Below are positions 21,955 to 31,400 of a stretch of 64,000 nt of DNA, piece by piece (within the stretch, counting starts at the first letter, position 1; every line of letters starts with the position of its first letter). Location: assembly GCA_040218735.1 (NCBI GenBank), contig JAVJQW010000019.1, positions 376,850-440,849 of the forward strand. The letters are read 5' to 3'. The position numbers and the translations under genes are program-made. The DNA comes from Deltaproteobacteria bacterium (GTDB lineage: Bacteria; Myxococcota; Kuafuiibacteriia; Kuafuiibacteriales; Kuafuiibacteriaceae). The notes beneath the pieces are model-generated. The model saw nothing but the letters and a program-made list of their open reading frames with translations. It did no database searches and was not told where the DNA came from.

Positions 21955-23022
21955 ATGCGTCGTCTCGTCCTCGTCTGGCTCCTCGTGAGCGCCTGCGGTG
22001 GGGAAGCCGTGGAGGTGCGTGCGGTATCCGACCTCGGCCTGGTCACGCAGGACCCCAACATTCGCGGGCGAGACGGCGCGCTCAGCTCGACGGTCTTCGG
22101 GCGCTCGGTGTGGACGTTCGGAGACACGGTGTTGGAGGCGCCCGACGCGCGCGGGGAGAACTGGCACCACAACTCCTACGCGACGGGCTCGAAGGACGGC
22201 TTCACGCTGACGGACCCCGTCGACGCTTCGGGCGCGCCGAGGTACGTGTTGCCGCCGACCCTCGCGGAGCAGACGTTCATCGATGCCCACGCGGGTGATG
22301 ACTGCGAGGTCGAGCCGTGCCGCGCGCGCTACGCGGCGTGGCCGGGGCGCGCGGTCGAGCTCCCCGACGGCGACGCGGTGGTGTTCTACGAGCTGATCTA
22401 CGCCGAGCCGGGGGAGTTCAGCTTCGAGGGCGTCGGCTCGTCGCTCGCGCGTTGGCGTGACTACGACGCGCCGGCGGAGCGGCTCTGGGTCGATCGTGTC
22501 GAGGGACACCCGGACCTGTTGTGGACGGCCGACGAAGGGCCCTGGCTGCACGCGCCGGTGGTGGAGGGTGACTTCCTCCACGTCTTCTCTTGCCCCGTCT
22601 CGCTCGGGACACACGCGTGTCGCCTCGCGCGGGCGCCGCTCGATCACTTCGAGGCGTTCGAGGACTGGCGGTACTTCGACGGGGACCAGTGGGTCGCCAA
22701 CCCCGGCGACGCGAAGGACCTCTTCGACGCCGGTTCGATTCTGGAGGTCGCCTACGACGAGACGCTCGACGCGTGGCTCGCGATCTACTCGGCGCCGTTC
22801 TCCCACGACGTGAAGGCCCGGACCGCCCCGTCCCTCACGGGCCCGTGGTCGGACGCGACGACGTTGTTCGAGGCCCCCGAGGACCACGCGCCCTACGACG
22901 CCGTGCACCACCCGGAGTGGTCGGACGGCGCGGCGCACTACGTGACGTACTCGACGCCGACGGAGGCGTTCCTCGGGAGCGAGCTGAGGCTGTGGCGGGT
23001 GGAGCTGGGGCCCGTCCCGTAG
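21955..23022 (+). CDS. DUF4185/DUF5005-like beta-propeller lipoprotein (possible GH183-type glycosidase)
   Basis: Lipobox VSAC; GRDGALS...WTFGDT; RLAR...WRYFDG..W; RTAPSLTGPWS; YDAVHHPE. Confidence 0.7.
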   Translation: MRRLVLVWLLVSACGGEAVEVRAVSDLGLVTQDPNIRGRDGALSSTVFGRSVWTFGDTVLEAPDARGENWHHNSYATGSKDGFTLTDPVDASGAPRYVLPPTLAEQTFIDAHAGDDCEVEPCRARYAAWPGRAVELPDGDAVVFYELIYAEPGEFSFEGVGSSLARWRDYDAPAERLWVDRVEGHPDLLWTADEGPWLHAPVVEGDFLHVFSCPVSLGTHACRLARAPLDHFEAFEDWRYFDGDQWVANPGDAKDLFDAGSILEVAYDETLDAWLAIYSAPFSHDVKARTAPSLTGPWSDATTLFEAPEDHAPYDAVHHPEWSDGAAHYVTYSTPTEAFLGSELRLWRVELGPVP

Positions 23023-23060
23023 CCGGCGGAGCACCGGCTACGAGATTCGAGGCCCGCCGA

Positions 23061-24461
23061 TCAGAAGCTGACTTCGGCGCGCGTCGAGGCGCTCGAGAGG
23101 GACTCCTCTTCCAGCGACTCGAAGGCGACGTCGTTCAGGTTCGTGGCGCCAAAGTCGAGGACCGTGGCTTCGAGGATTCGGCCGCCCGTGAGGGGGTCGT
23201 TGATGCCGTCGGGGACGGCGGGGAGCGCGACCGTCGGGTCGGTGCCGCCGAAGACGACGATGTTCCACAGCGACTTGTCGTCCTCGGCCGTGCGCAGATC
23301 CATGATGGTCACCGAGGCGCCCGTCACCGCGCTCGTGCCGACCATGCGGCCGGTGGCCGTGGGAGCGTTCGGCGGGGAGAGGACGCTGTCGAACGTGAAC
23401 GACGTGTCGGTGCCGCGCGCGATGGCGAACGCGGTCGACGCGGCGACGTCGCCGACCTCGTCGTCCGAGAAGAACTGCAGGAGCGCGACGTAGCGCGCGC
23501 TCGCGAAGTCACCCGAGAGGGCCGGGCCGTTCCCGGTGCGCATCCCGTTGTCGAGCGCGCCGCCGGAGAGCGGGACGAGGAGGCCGTCGAGCTCGGCGGC
23601 GAACAGCGCGTTGTCGTTGGCGAGCATCGGGAGGTTCGACGCGGTGATCGTCAGCTCGGTGTCGAGCGCGTTCGACAGCGCGAGGTTCGCGCTCACCGTG
23701 GCGCCCGCGGTCAGGGCGGCGTCGGCGATGCCGATGTGCGTGATGTCGAAGGTCTGCGTGGGGACGTCGAACAGACCGGAGACCGCGAGGATCTTCTCGG
23801 CGCGTGTGTCGGCGCGGAGCGCGTAGTCCGTCCACATCGGGAAGGGGTCGTTGCCGTTGATGACCAGGTTCGTGGGCGTGCCCTCGGGGTCCATCAGCGT
23901 CGCGGTGCCGGGGCGCGGCGCCTGCATGAAGTCGGCGAGGTCGTCGCCGAGCGCCGAGATCTGCGCGACGCGCGCGGCGGTCGCCGAGTTGGCGGGGAGG
24001 TTCTCCCAGCCGGTGATCGTGCCGGTCACGGTGCCGACCTGGCCCATCGGGGGCTCCACGTCGGCGCCGTCGTCGAGGACGATCGTCACGACGGAGGCGT
24101 CGAAGCCAAACGCCGAGGAGAACTCGAAGCCGTCCTTGAAGATGTGGACGGAGACACCCTTGGCGAGCGCGGCGTCGTTGAAGTCGACGCGCCCTTCGGC
24201 GTCCGTGCGTGCGGAGAGGTCGACGCCGTCGGCGACGAGCACGGTCGCGTCGGCGATGGGTGCGTCGTCTTCGTCGAGGACGAAGATCGTGAGCACGCCG
24301 TCGATGCTTCCGCCGGCGGTGCCGCCGCCCGCGATCGGGTCTACGTTGCGCGGCTGCGGTGTGTTGTTCGTGTTGTCGTCACCGCCGTCGTCGTCGCCGC
24401 CGCCCGTGCAGGCGACGAAACCGGAAGCGAACAGGGCAAGACCTAGAGCACGGAGCTTCAT
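23061..24461 (-). CDS. Lipoprotein with carboxypeptidase-regulatory-like (Ig) domain, function unknown
   Basis: Lipobox FVAC; V.DEDDAPIADATVLV...TDAEGRV.F; acidic, beta-rich sequence. Confidence 0.75.
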   Translation of the reverse strand: MKLRALGLALFASGFVACTGGGDDDGGDDNTNNTPQPRNVDPIAGGGTAGGSIDGVLTIFVLDEDDAPIADATVLVADGVDLSARTDAEGRVDFNDAALAKGVSVHIFKDGFEFSSAFGFDASVVTIVLDDGADVEPPMGQVGTVTGTITGWENLPANSATAARVAQISALGDDLADFMQAPRPGTATLMDPEGTPTNLVINGNDPFPMWTDYALRADTRAEKILAVSGLFDVPTQTFDITHIGIADAALTAGATVSANLALSNALDTELTITASNLPMLANDNALFAAELDGLLVPLSGGALDNGMRTGNGPALSGDFASARYVALLQFFSDDEVGDVAASTAFAIARGTDTSFTFDSVLSPPNAPTATGRMVGTSAVTGASVTIMDLRTAEDDKSLWNIVVFGGTDPTVALPAVPDGINDPLTGGRILEATVLDFGATNLNDVAFESLEEESLSSASTRAEVSF

Positions 24462-24509
24462 GAGGACTTGATACCGCGACGGCGCCGAGTTGGCGCGATG
24501 TGGTCGCTC

Positions 24510-25868
24510 TCACAGGTACTGCAGGAAGAACAGCGATACGAATGTGTAGATGGTGACGCCGGAGATGTCGTTGAGCGACGTGATCAGGGGACCGGCCGCG
24601 ACCGCGGGATCGATGCCGAAGCGCTGAAGGATCGCCGGCTCGGTGGAGCCCAGGAACGACGCGGTGATCATCGAGAGCCCCAGCGCGACGCCGACGCAGA
24701 GGCCGAGCGCGACGCGGCTCTGCCACAACGTGACGATGCCGGTGACGCAGACCGCGCAGACGATCGCCATGATCGACGCGACCGCGAGGTCCTTGATGAT
24801 CTCGCGGCCGAGGTCCTCCTTCTCGATATGCCCGACGGCCATACCGCGGATCATGATCATCGCGGACTGGGTCCCGACGTTGCCGCTCATGCCGGTGATG
24901 ACCGGGACGAACATGAGGAGGATGACCGCGGTCTCGAACACCACGCTCGCGCGGTGGAGGATCCAGGTCGCGAGCAGCCCGGCGAGGAAGGTCGACCCGA
25001 GCCACGGGAGGCGCTGGCCGACGATGCGCGTGATCTTGTCCGAGTAGATGACCTCCGGCTCCGCCGCCGTACCCGCCATCTTGAGCATGTCCTCTTCGGC
25101 CTCTTCGACGAGGACCTCGTGCACGTCGTCGGCGGTGATACGTCCGATCAGCCGGCCGTCGTCGTCGACCACGCCGAGCTCGACCAGCGAGTAGTGGTCG
25201 AAGATCCGCGCGACCTCCTCCTGGTCGACGTCCGGTTTCACCTCGACGATCTTCGGCTCCATCACCCGCTCGATTGGCGTGTTGGGTTTGGAGAGGACGA
25301 GGTCCTGCAGAGCGAGGTGGCCGCAATAGTGGCCAACGTCGTCGACGACGAAACAGGAGATGATGTCGATGTCGTCGGCGACCTGTCGGACCTGCTCGAG
25401 CGCCGAGCCGATGGTGGAGTCGATCGGGATCGACACCAGCTCGGTCTGCATGATGCCGCCCGCGCTCTCCGGGTCGTACGCGAGGAGCTGTTCGACGTCG
25501 CCGCGGTCCTCGACCGGGAGCGCCGCGAGCACCTGCGACGCGGTCAGCTCGTCCAGGTCCTGGATGAGGTCGGCCGCATCGTCCGTCTCCATCTCCGCGA
25601 GGATCGGGCGGAGCTCGTCGGGGACGATGAGGCGGAGGATGCGTTCCGCGTCTTCGCCATCGAGCTCGGAGACGAGGTTGGCGGCGCGCTCGGCGTCGAG
25701 GTGGCGGAGGATCGCGACGGCGGTGCGTTCGTCGACGTCCTCGACCAGCTCCGCGACGTCCGCGGGGTGCAGCAACAACAGGAACGTGCGGAGGTCTTCC
25801 TCTCGACCCGGACGGGTCAGCAGCTCGAGCTCGTCGACATCGTCGGTGCTGCGTCCCGGCTCCGCCAT
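24510..25868 (-). CDS. mgtE: Magnesium transporter MgtE
   Basis: LHPADVAE, METDDAADL, YDPESAGGIM, tandem CBS domains, RLPWL, GNVGTQS, IDPAVAAGPLITSLND. Start MAEPGR. Confidence 0.95.
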   Translation of the reverse strand: MAEPGRSTDDVDELELLTRPGREEDLRTFLLLLHPADVAELVEDVDERTAVAILRHLDAERAANLVSELDGEDAERILRLIVPDELRPILAEMETDDAADLIQDLDELTASQVLAALPVEDRGDVEQLLAYDPESAGGIMQTELVSIPIDSTIGSALEQVRQVADDIDIISCFVVDDVGHYCGHLALQDLVLSKPNTPIERVMEPKIVEVKPDVDQEEVARIFDHYSLVELGVVDDDGRLIGRITADDVHEVLVEEAEEDMLKMAGTAAEPEVIYSDKITRIVGQRLPWLGSTFLAGLLATWILHRASVVFETAVILLMFVPVITGMSGNVGTQSAMIMIRGMAVGHIEKEDLGREIIKDLAVASIMAIVCAVCVTGIVTLWQSRVALGLCVGVALGLSMITASFLGSTEPAILQRFGIDPAVAAGPLITSLNDISGVTIYTFVSLFFLQYL

Positions 25869-25965
25869 GCGATGGGTGCTACGGGTCCGGCCGGGGGCCG
25901 TCAAGCGGGGAGTGCCCGCGAGCAAGTTCCGCCTTTTTACCGAAAGCGTGGTAATCCAACACGCT

Positions 25966-27390
25966 ATGTCGGAAGGGCAGGACCAGTACGGGCAGCGGAT
26001 CGCGGTCGTCGACGACGAGCGCAACATCCGCCGCACGCTCTCCATGGTGCTGGAGGGTGAGGGCTACACGGTCGAGACGTTCGAATCGGCCGAGGCGTTC
26101 GAGCCGCGCCTGTCGCAGGGTCGCATCGACTGCATCCTGCTCGACGTCCGCCTGCCGGGGATCGACGGGCTGACGATGCTCCAGAAGATCAAGGACGACT
26201 ACGCGGCGATCCCCGTCGTGATGATCAGCGGGCACGCGTCCATCGAGGACGCGATGAGCGCGCGCGACATCGGCGCGGCGAACTTCCTCGAAAAACCCCT
26301 GTCGCGTGAGCGGGTCCTCGTGACCGTCGCGGACGCGATCGAAAAGCGCGCGCAGACCGCCACCATCCAGGCCTTCCAGGCGCTGGAGGGCGGCGACGAG
26401 GAGATGCTCGGTGAGTCCGGCGCGATAGACAAAGTACGGGAGCAGATCGCGAAGGTCGCCGGCACCGGCGTGCGCGTCTTGGTCACCGGCGAGTCGGGCA
26501 CCGGCAAGGAGCTGATCGCGCGCGCGATCCACCGCGCGTCGAAGCGCGCGAAGGGGCCGTTCGTGAAGGTGAACTGCGCGGCGATTCCGTCGGAGCTGAT
26601 CGAGTCGGAGCTGTTCGGTCACGAGCGCGGTGCGTTCTCGGGTGCGGTGCAGAAGAAGCGCGGCCGCTTCGAGCTCGCGGACGGCGGCACGCTGTTCCTG
26701 GACGAGATTGGCGACATGAGCATGGACGCGCAGGCGAAGGTGCTGCGCGCGCTGCAGACCGGCGAGGTGATTCGCGTCGGCGGCGAGAAGGCGTTCGTGG
26801 TCGACGTGCGGGTGGTCGCGGCGACGAACAAGGACCTCGAGGAGGAGGTGAAGGCGGGCAACTTCCGCGAGGACCTCTACTTCAGGTTGTCGGTGGTGCC
26901 GATCATCTCGCCGCCGCTCCGCGACCGCGGGGACGACGTCCTGATCATCATGAAGTCGTACCTCGACCAGTTCTCCGGCGAGCACGCGGTGTCCCCGTCG
27001 GTGACGCTCACGCCAGAGGCGGAGAAGGCGATCCGCGGCTACGCGTTCCCGGGCAACGTGCGTGAGCTCCGGAACCTGGCCGAGCGTCTGGTGATCCTCG
27101 CCGACAACCCGGTGCGCCTCTCGGATCTCCCCCCGCAGATCGCGGGCCAGGACGGCAGCGCCCGCCCCCCGACCCTCGGCGCCGACGGTGACAGCCCCGG
27201 CATCATCAACCTCGAAGCCTACGGCAACCCCACGCTCCGCGAGCTCCGCGAAGCGGTCGAGCGCGACTACATCCTCCGCAAGCTGGAGGAGACCGGCTGG
27301 AACGTCACGCGCACCGCCGAGGTGCTGGGGATCGAGCGCACGAACCTGCACAAGAAGCTGAAGCAGCTGGGCCTGAAGAAGAAGAGCTGA
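25966..27390 (+). CDS. Sigma-54-dependent response regulator (NtrC/NtrX family)
   Basis: Receiver (VVDDE, LLDVRLP, EKP); GESGTGKE; ESELFGHERGAFSGA; LFLDEIG; FREDLYFRL; FPGNVRELRN; Fis-type HTH. Confidence 0.95.
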   Translation: MSEGQDQYGQRIAVVDDERNIRRTLSMVLEGEGYTVETFESAEAFEPRLSQGRIDCILLDVRLPGIDGLTMLQKIKDDYAAIPVVMISGHASIEDAMSARDIGAANFLEKPLSRERVLVTVADAIEKRAQTATIQAFQALEGGDEEMLGESGAIDKVREQIAKVAGTGVRVLVTGESGTGKELIARAIHRASKRAKGPFVKVNCAAIPSELIESELFGHERGAFSGAVQKKRGRFELADGGTLFLDEIGDMSMDAQAKVLRALQTGEVIRVGGEKAFVVDVRVVAATNKDLEEEVKAGNFREDLYFRLSVVPIISPPLRDRGDDVLIIMKSYLDQFSGEHAVSPSVTLTPEAEKAIRGYAFPGNVRELRNLAERLVILADNPVRLSDLPPQIAGQDGSARPPTLGADGDSPGIINLEAYGNPTLRELREAVERDYILRKLEETGWNVTRTAEVLGIERTNLHKKLKQLGLKKKS

Positions 27391-27413
27391 CGTCAGGCGC
27401 GAGGAGTCTGAGG

Positions 27414-27875
27414 TCAGCTACGCTTCGCGACCGCCGCCAAAGGGTGCTCGAGAATGAAGCGGTACCGATCTTCCTCCGACATCGCGCGAATATCGATGCC
27501 GTGTCGTCGCTCGTAGAGGAACGCAATCTCACCGCTTATCGCGTGAGCTCGTCGAAGTGTCTCCAGATCGAGGGTGACACTCTCGGCGCGCTCGATACGA
27601 CCGTTCATGAACACGATTTCGGCCCATTGAGGCAGTTCGTGTCTGTTCACGCAGCTGAAGTCCATGACGACCCGCAGCGACTCGCTATCCTTGGGCATGC
27701 GGAGCACGAAGTACACGCCGTCCAGGCAGTCGAGCTCGGGTTCGAGCGCGTCGCCCACCTGGAACGTGCTGCCGATCTCGACATCGCGCACGTCGAGAGG
27801 AACCAAGACAGGAACGCTTTCGCCGCACTCCCGACATTGAAGCGTTGCTTTTAGATAGTCACAGTCGTGAGACAT
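27414..27875 (-). CDS. Putative immunity protein with zinc-ribbon-like CxxC/CxxxH motifs
   Basis: 153 aa; GAGGAG ribosome-binding site; 20 nt downstream of the toxin-like gene; CRECG and CVNRH; visibly lower GC than the flanks. Confidence 0.65.
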   Translation of the reverse strand: MSHDCDYLKATLQCRECGESVPVLVPLDVRDVEIGSTFQVGDALEPELDCLDGVYFVLRMPKDSESLRVVMDFSCVNRHELPQWAEIVFMNGRIERAESVTLDLETLRRAHAISGEIAFLYERRHGIDIRAMSEEDRYRFILEHPLAAVAKRS

Positions 27876-27895
27876 CGTCGTGGCTCCTCTTGATC

Positions 27896-30541
27896 CTATT
27901 CGACCGTGACCTTCGCGGCCACCGGCAGTACGCGGAGGCGTCGACGGCCAACCTCGATGATGAATCCAGTAGGGTGGTTCGCAAGAAACTCACTTGCATC
28001 ACGGAGCGTCGGATCGACACCGACACCGAAGTTCTGAGCGAGACGACGGAACACGCGCGTGTCTTGCACCGCGAACGTAGCAGCGGCCCCATCTGCCGTC
28101 TCGGCAAAAAGAAGATCGGCCACGATGGATCGGTCAGCGCTGCCCTTCGGCGTCCCCACATCCTTGTCACACAGCGCCTTCATCACCGCCCCATACTCCT
28201 CGCTGCTTCTGGACACGGACATTGAGAAGCCAGGGAGATCCGAACCACGGCGTGCCTCGATCGTGGCAGCGTCGGTCACGCGCACGCGCTCCGGCTCAAT
28301 CTGTCGCATGAAGGCAACAGCTGCCTTCTGTCCGTCCTGGAGCCCTTCGTACCCGCTCTCATCCATGATCCGCCGCGAGATCAGCATCTGCGAGTCCACC
28401 ACCACCGCGTCCGCGGGGAGGGGCTTCTTGTTCGCGTCGAACGCGCCCAGCCTCGCGCCGTCCACCAGCGCCTGACGCGCGATCGCGTCTCCCGCGGTGC
28501 CCTTGGCCCTGCTTGCGCGCTTCAGCTCCGCCGCGAGTTTCTCGCGCGCCACCGGGGTCAGGCCCTCCGGGAGCTTCACGCCGGCGCAGCGGCACGCGTC
28601 GGCGAAGTCGAGCAGCTCGGGGATCGTCGCGGCGGCGAGGCCGCCGTTCGCTTGAATGGACTTCGAGACTTCGGCGAGCTGGGCCATCGCGCGCGGGTCT
28701 GCGGCGGCGCGGCGCGCGAAGTCGGTGACTTGCACGAGGCCCTCGATCTCGACGCGGTCGCCGACGACCGCGAGCTGGATGTCCGCGAGCGCCGACCCCA
28801 TCGCCTGGTGCACCCGAGCGACCGCTTCGCCTCCGAGCGGGGCGAGCGCCTGCACGTTCGTGATGCCCAAGTCCCGGACCGCGAGATCCAGCAGTCGCGG
28901 GTCCATCCCATCGAACGCGCGCAGCGCGTCGGGGCCGAGCTGCTCCAGGAGCGACGCCGCGCGCCGGGGCGACAACAGACGCGCGAACGCGCCGAGCCGA
29001 TCGGCGTGCGCCTCCACCAACGCCGCGATGCGTCGCCCCGACAGCTCGAGGCCCCACGACTCCAACGCCTCCGCGCCGAGCGCCGCGTACATCGCTTCGA
29101 CCTCGCGCGCCGACGTCTCGCGGATCAGCTTCTTCGCCACGAATCCGAGCGCGCGGTTCGAGCGCATCGCCCTCGCCAGCGCCGACAAACCCAGCGCCAC
29201 ACCCGCCGCCGACCCGGCGGCGCCCAACACCGCCATCGACGCGCCGAACGCCGAGGGCGCCTCCGCGAACGCCTGTCGCTCATCGAAGTCCGTGCCGGCG
29301 AACGCCGCCTGCGTCGCGTACAGATCGAGCTCGCGGACGACGTCCACGACATCGACGACCGCCGCCGCGCCCGCGGCCAACACGAAGCCCGCCCCGCCCG
29401 TGGGGATCGCCGCCGCGATCCCCAGCGCGACGCTGATCGCCGCCATCGCGACGTCCGTCAGCACCTTGTCGCGCGCCACACCCGCCGTCGCGTCCTCCAC
29501 CATCCGCGCGAGGAGCGGGTCCGACGGCACCCCCGCCGCCTCCACGATCCGCGGCATCGACAACACGACCGCCGGATCCGCGGCGAGCTCCCGCTCCACC
29601 GTCGCGAGGTTCTTCTCGATTCGCGCGATCTCGCTCCCCAACACCCGCGCCGCCTCCGCCGAGGGACCGGCGGCCAGCGCGTCGAGCGCATCGGCGTCGT
29701 CGACCGCCTGGAACATCGCCAGCACCGGGTGCGCCTTCATCGCCTTCGCGAGCGCCGAAGCGTACGCAGCCTCCGCCGCGATCTGCTTCGACTCTGCCTG
29801 CGCGACGGTGACGCCTACGTCGTCGTACCGCTCGAACCGATCCCCCGAGTACGCGGCGCTGGCCTTCGCCCGCCCTGCGAGCCGACGCGCCGCGAGCACT
29901 TCGTCGCGCAGCGCAGCCAAACGCCCGGACGTCTTCGCGAGGTCGCGCGCGTCGGGGCTGTCCGCCATCGCGTACGTGGTGACGACGACGTCACTCTTCG
30001 GCGGACGCGAACGCGTCGCGGTCAGTCCGTAGCGCTGCTTCGCGTCGTCCAGCTTCGACCGGCTTCGCGCGACCGCGGCGCGCACCACCGCCGACCCACG
30101 CGACACGACCGCCGAGACCGCCTTCGTCTCGACACGCTCCAGCGCCGCGGCCGTGGTCGCGAGCTTGGCGATCAGATCGCGCCCGGCCTCCGCGCGCCGG
30201 TCGTGCGCGGCGTTCCCGCGCCCTTCGTACGTGTCCGCGAACGCCTCCACCGATTCACGCACCCGCCGCAGCTGGGCGCGCACCGCGTCGAGCCCGCCGT
30301 CCTGCGCGACCTCCACGAGCGCCGCCATCACCGAGGCGTCGGTGTTGGCGACGACGAAGCCGTTGAAGTCGAACCGCTCGACCGGCGGTGGCGCCGGGAG
30401 CACGAAGCGGTCGGGCGTCGCGACGACCGATCGATCCAACGGATCCAAGGGATCGACGTCGACCTGGGCCTTGGCCACCGCGACGGACTGCGTCCGCACG
30501 AAGAGCGTTGGATCGCTACGAACCCCGCCGACACCGCTCAT
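27896..30541 (-). CDS. Polymorphic-toxin-like protein: helical N-terminus, hydrophobic hairpins, C-terminal PIN-like nuclease domain
   Basis: Hydrophobic segments AISVALGIAAAIPTGGAGFVLAAGAAAVV and FGASMAVLGAAGSAAGVALGL; tip with VVVDSQ, ATIEA, GSADRSIVAD, FAVQD (four spaced acidic residues as in PIN domains). Confidence 0.65.
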   Translation of the reverse strand: MSGVGGVRSDPTLFVRTQSVAVAKAQVDVDPLDPLDRSVVATPDRFVLPAPPPVERFDFNGFVVANTDASVMAALVEVAQDGGLDAVRAQLRRVRESVEAFADTYEGRGNAAHDRRAEAGRDLIAKLATTAAALERVETKAVSAVVSRGSAVVRAAVARSRSKLDDAKQRYGLTATRSRPPKSDVVVTTYAMADSPDARDLAKTSGRLAALRDEVLAARRLAGRAKASAAYSGDRFERYDDVGVTVAQAESKQIAAEAAYASALAKAMKAHPVLAMFQAVDDADALDALAAGPSAEAARVLGSEIARIEKNLATVERELAADPAVVLSMPRIVEAAGVPSDPLLARMVEDATAGVARDKVLTDVAMAAISVALGIAAAIPTGGAGFVLAAGAAAVVDVVDVVRELDLYATQAAFAGTDFDERQAFAEAPSAFGASMAVLGAAGSAAGVALGLSALARAMRSNRALGFVAKKLIRETSAREVEAMYAALGAEALESWGLELSGRRIAALVEAHADRLGAFARLLSPRRAASLLEQLGPDALRAFDGMDPRLLDLAVRDLGITNVQALAPLGGEAVARVHQAMGSALADIQLAVVGDRVEIEGLVQVTDFARRAAADPRAMAQLAEVSKSIQANGGLAAATIPELLDFADACRCAGVKLPEGLTPVAREKLAAELKRASRAKGTAGDAIARQALVDGARLGAFDANKKPLPADAVVVDSQMLISRRIMDESGYEGLQDGQKAAVAFMRQIEPERVRVTDAATIEARRGSDLPGFSMSVSRSSEEYGAVMKALCDKDVGTPKGSADRSIVADLLFAETADGAAATFAVQDTRVFRRLAQNFGVGVDPTLRDASEFLANHPTGFIIEVGRRRLRVLPVAAKVTVE

Positions 30542-30555
30542 CGCGACGAGGCGAG

Positions 30556-30571
30556 TTCAAGCCGCGTACCA
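30556..30571 (-). promoter_or_regulatory. Sigma-54-like -24/-12 promoter candidate for the toxin gene
   Basis: Minus strand reads TGGTACG-CGGC-TTGAA versus consensus TGGCACG-N4-TTGC; the -12 GC is replaced by GA. Confidence 0.35.
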
Positions 30572-30594
30572 CGCGTCGCCGACGCGAGAACCGA

Positions 30595-30632
30595 GGATTC
30601 GTCCGACCGCGCGCCGGACGAATCCGGACGAA
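30595..30632. repeat. Perfect 11-bp inverted repeat plus a third half-site (regulator binding site or hairpin terminator)
   Basis: GGATTCGTCCG-accgcgcgc-CGGACGAATCC followed by another CGGACGAA; no U-tract. Confidence 0.7.
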
Positions 30633-30652
30633 GTGAACCGTGTCCGTAAGAG

Positions 30653-31339
30653 TCAGTCGTTGAACACGAAGAACCCGGTGCCGCCCGGGTCCTGCACGAT
30701 CGCGTTGTCGGCCACGCCCTCCTCGTTGAAACACGTGATCTCTTCGAGGAGCGGGACGCCGGCTTCGCGGATCTTCGCGAGGTTGTCGAGGTTCTTGCCG
30801 CTGTTGAAGTAGGTGAGGCCGGGGCTGAAGAACAGGTGCGGGCACGTGAACATCGGCATGATGCTCAGCCCGAGGCCGCGGCCGTCGTCCATCGTGAGCC
30901 ACGACTCGCCGCTCTTCTCGGGCACGACCGCGTAGCCGAGCTGCTCCCAGAACAAACGCTCGCGCGACAGGTCTGCGGTCTCGACGCTCAGCCCCGCGAA
31001 CTTGCCGAGCCGCGTGAAAGAGTCACGCGGTTTGCGTTCGGACAACGCCGCGGGCCGCGCCTTGTCGAGGTAGACGCGCACGCCGCTCGGCGCCGTAGCG
31101 ACGAACACCCCGTCGCGTTCGACGACGCCGTCGAGCGACTCCGCCTGCTTCGTCCAGTCGTCCGCAAAGAGCCGAAGGCCGGTCCGTGCGTAGCGGTCGG
31201 GATCGATCTCCACCACGACGCCACCGTCGTCGAAGTACGCGCGCGGCTCACCGGGGAGGCGCTCGAAGCCGAGGCGTGTGTAGAAGTCGACGCTCGCTTC
31301 GAGCTTCGGCGTGGGCGTCGTGACGATCGCGGAGACCAT
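30653..31339 (-). CDS. VOC/glyoxalase-bleomycin resistance family protein (two modules)
   Basis: LEASVDFYTRLGFE; TAPSGVRVYL; TADLSRERLFWEQLGY; QDPGGTGFF. Confidence 0.8.
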   Translation of the reverse strand: MVSAIVTTPTPKLEASVDFYTRLGFERLPGEPRAYFDDGGVVVEIDPDRYARTGLRLFADDWTKQAESLDGVVERDGVFVATAPSGVRVYLDKARPAALSERKPRDSFTRLGKFAGLSVETADLSRERLFWEQLGYAVVPEKSGESWLTMDDGRGLGLSIMPMFTCPHLFFSPGLTYFNSGKNLDNLAKIREAGVPLLEEITCFNEEGVADNAIVQDPGGTGFFVFND

Positions 31340-31400
31340 CCATCGCGCGTAGCGCGAAGCGACCTTCGCGGCAATCCGCGGCGCCGGAGCGTCGTTCAGG

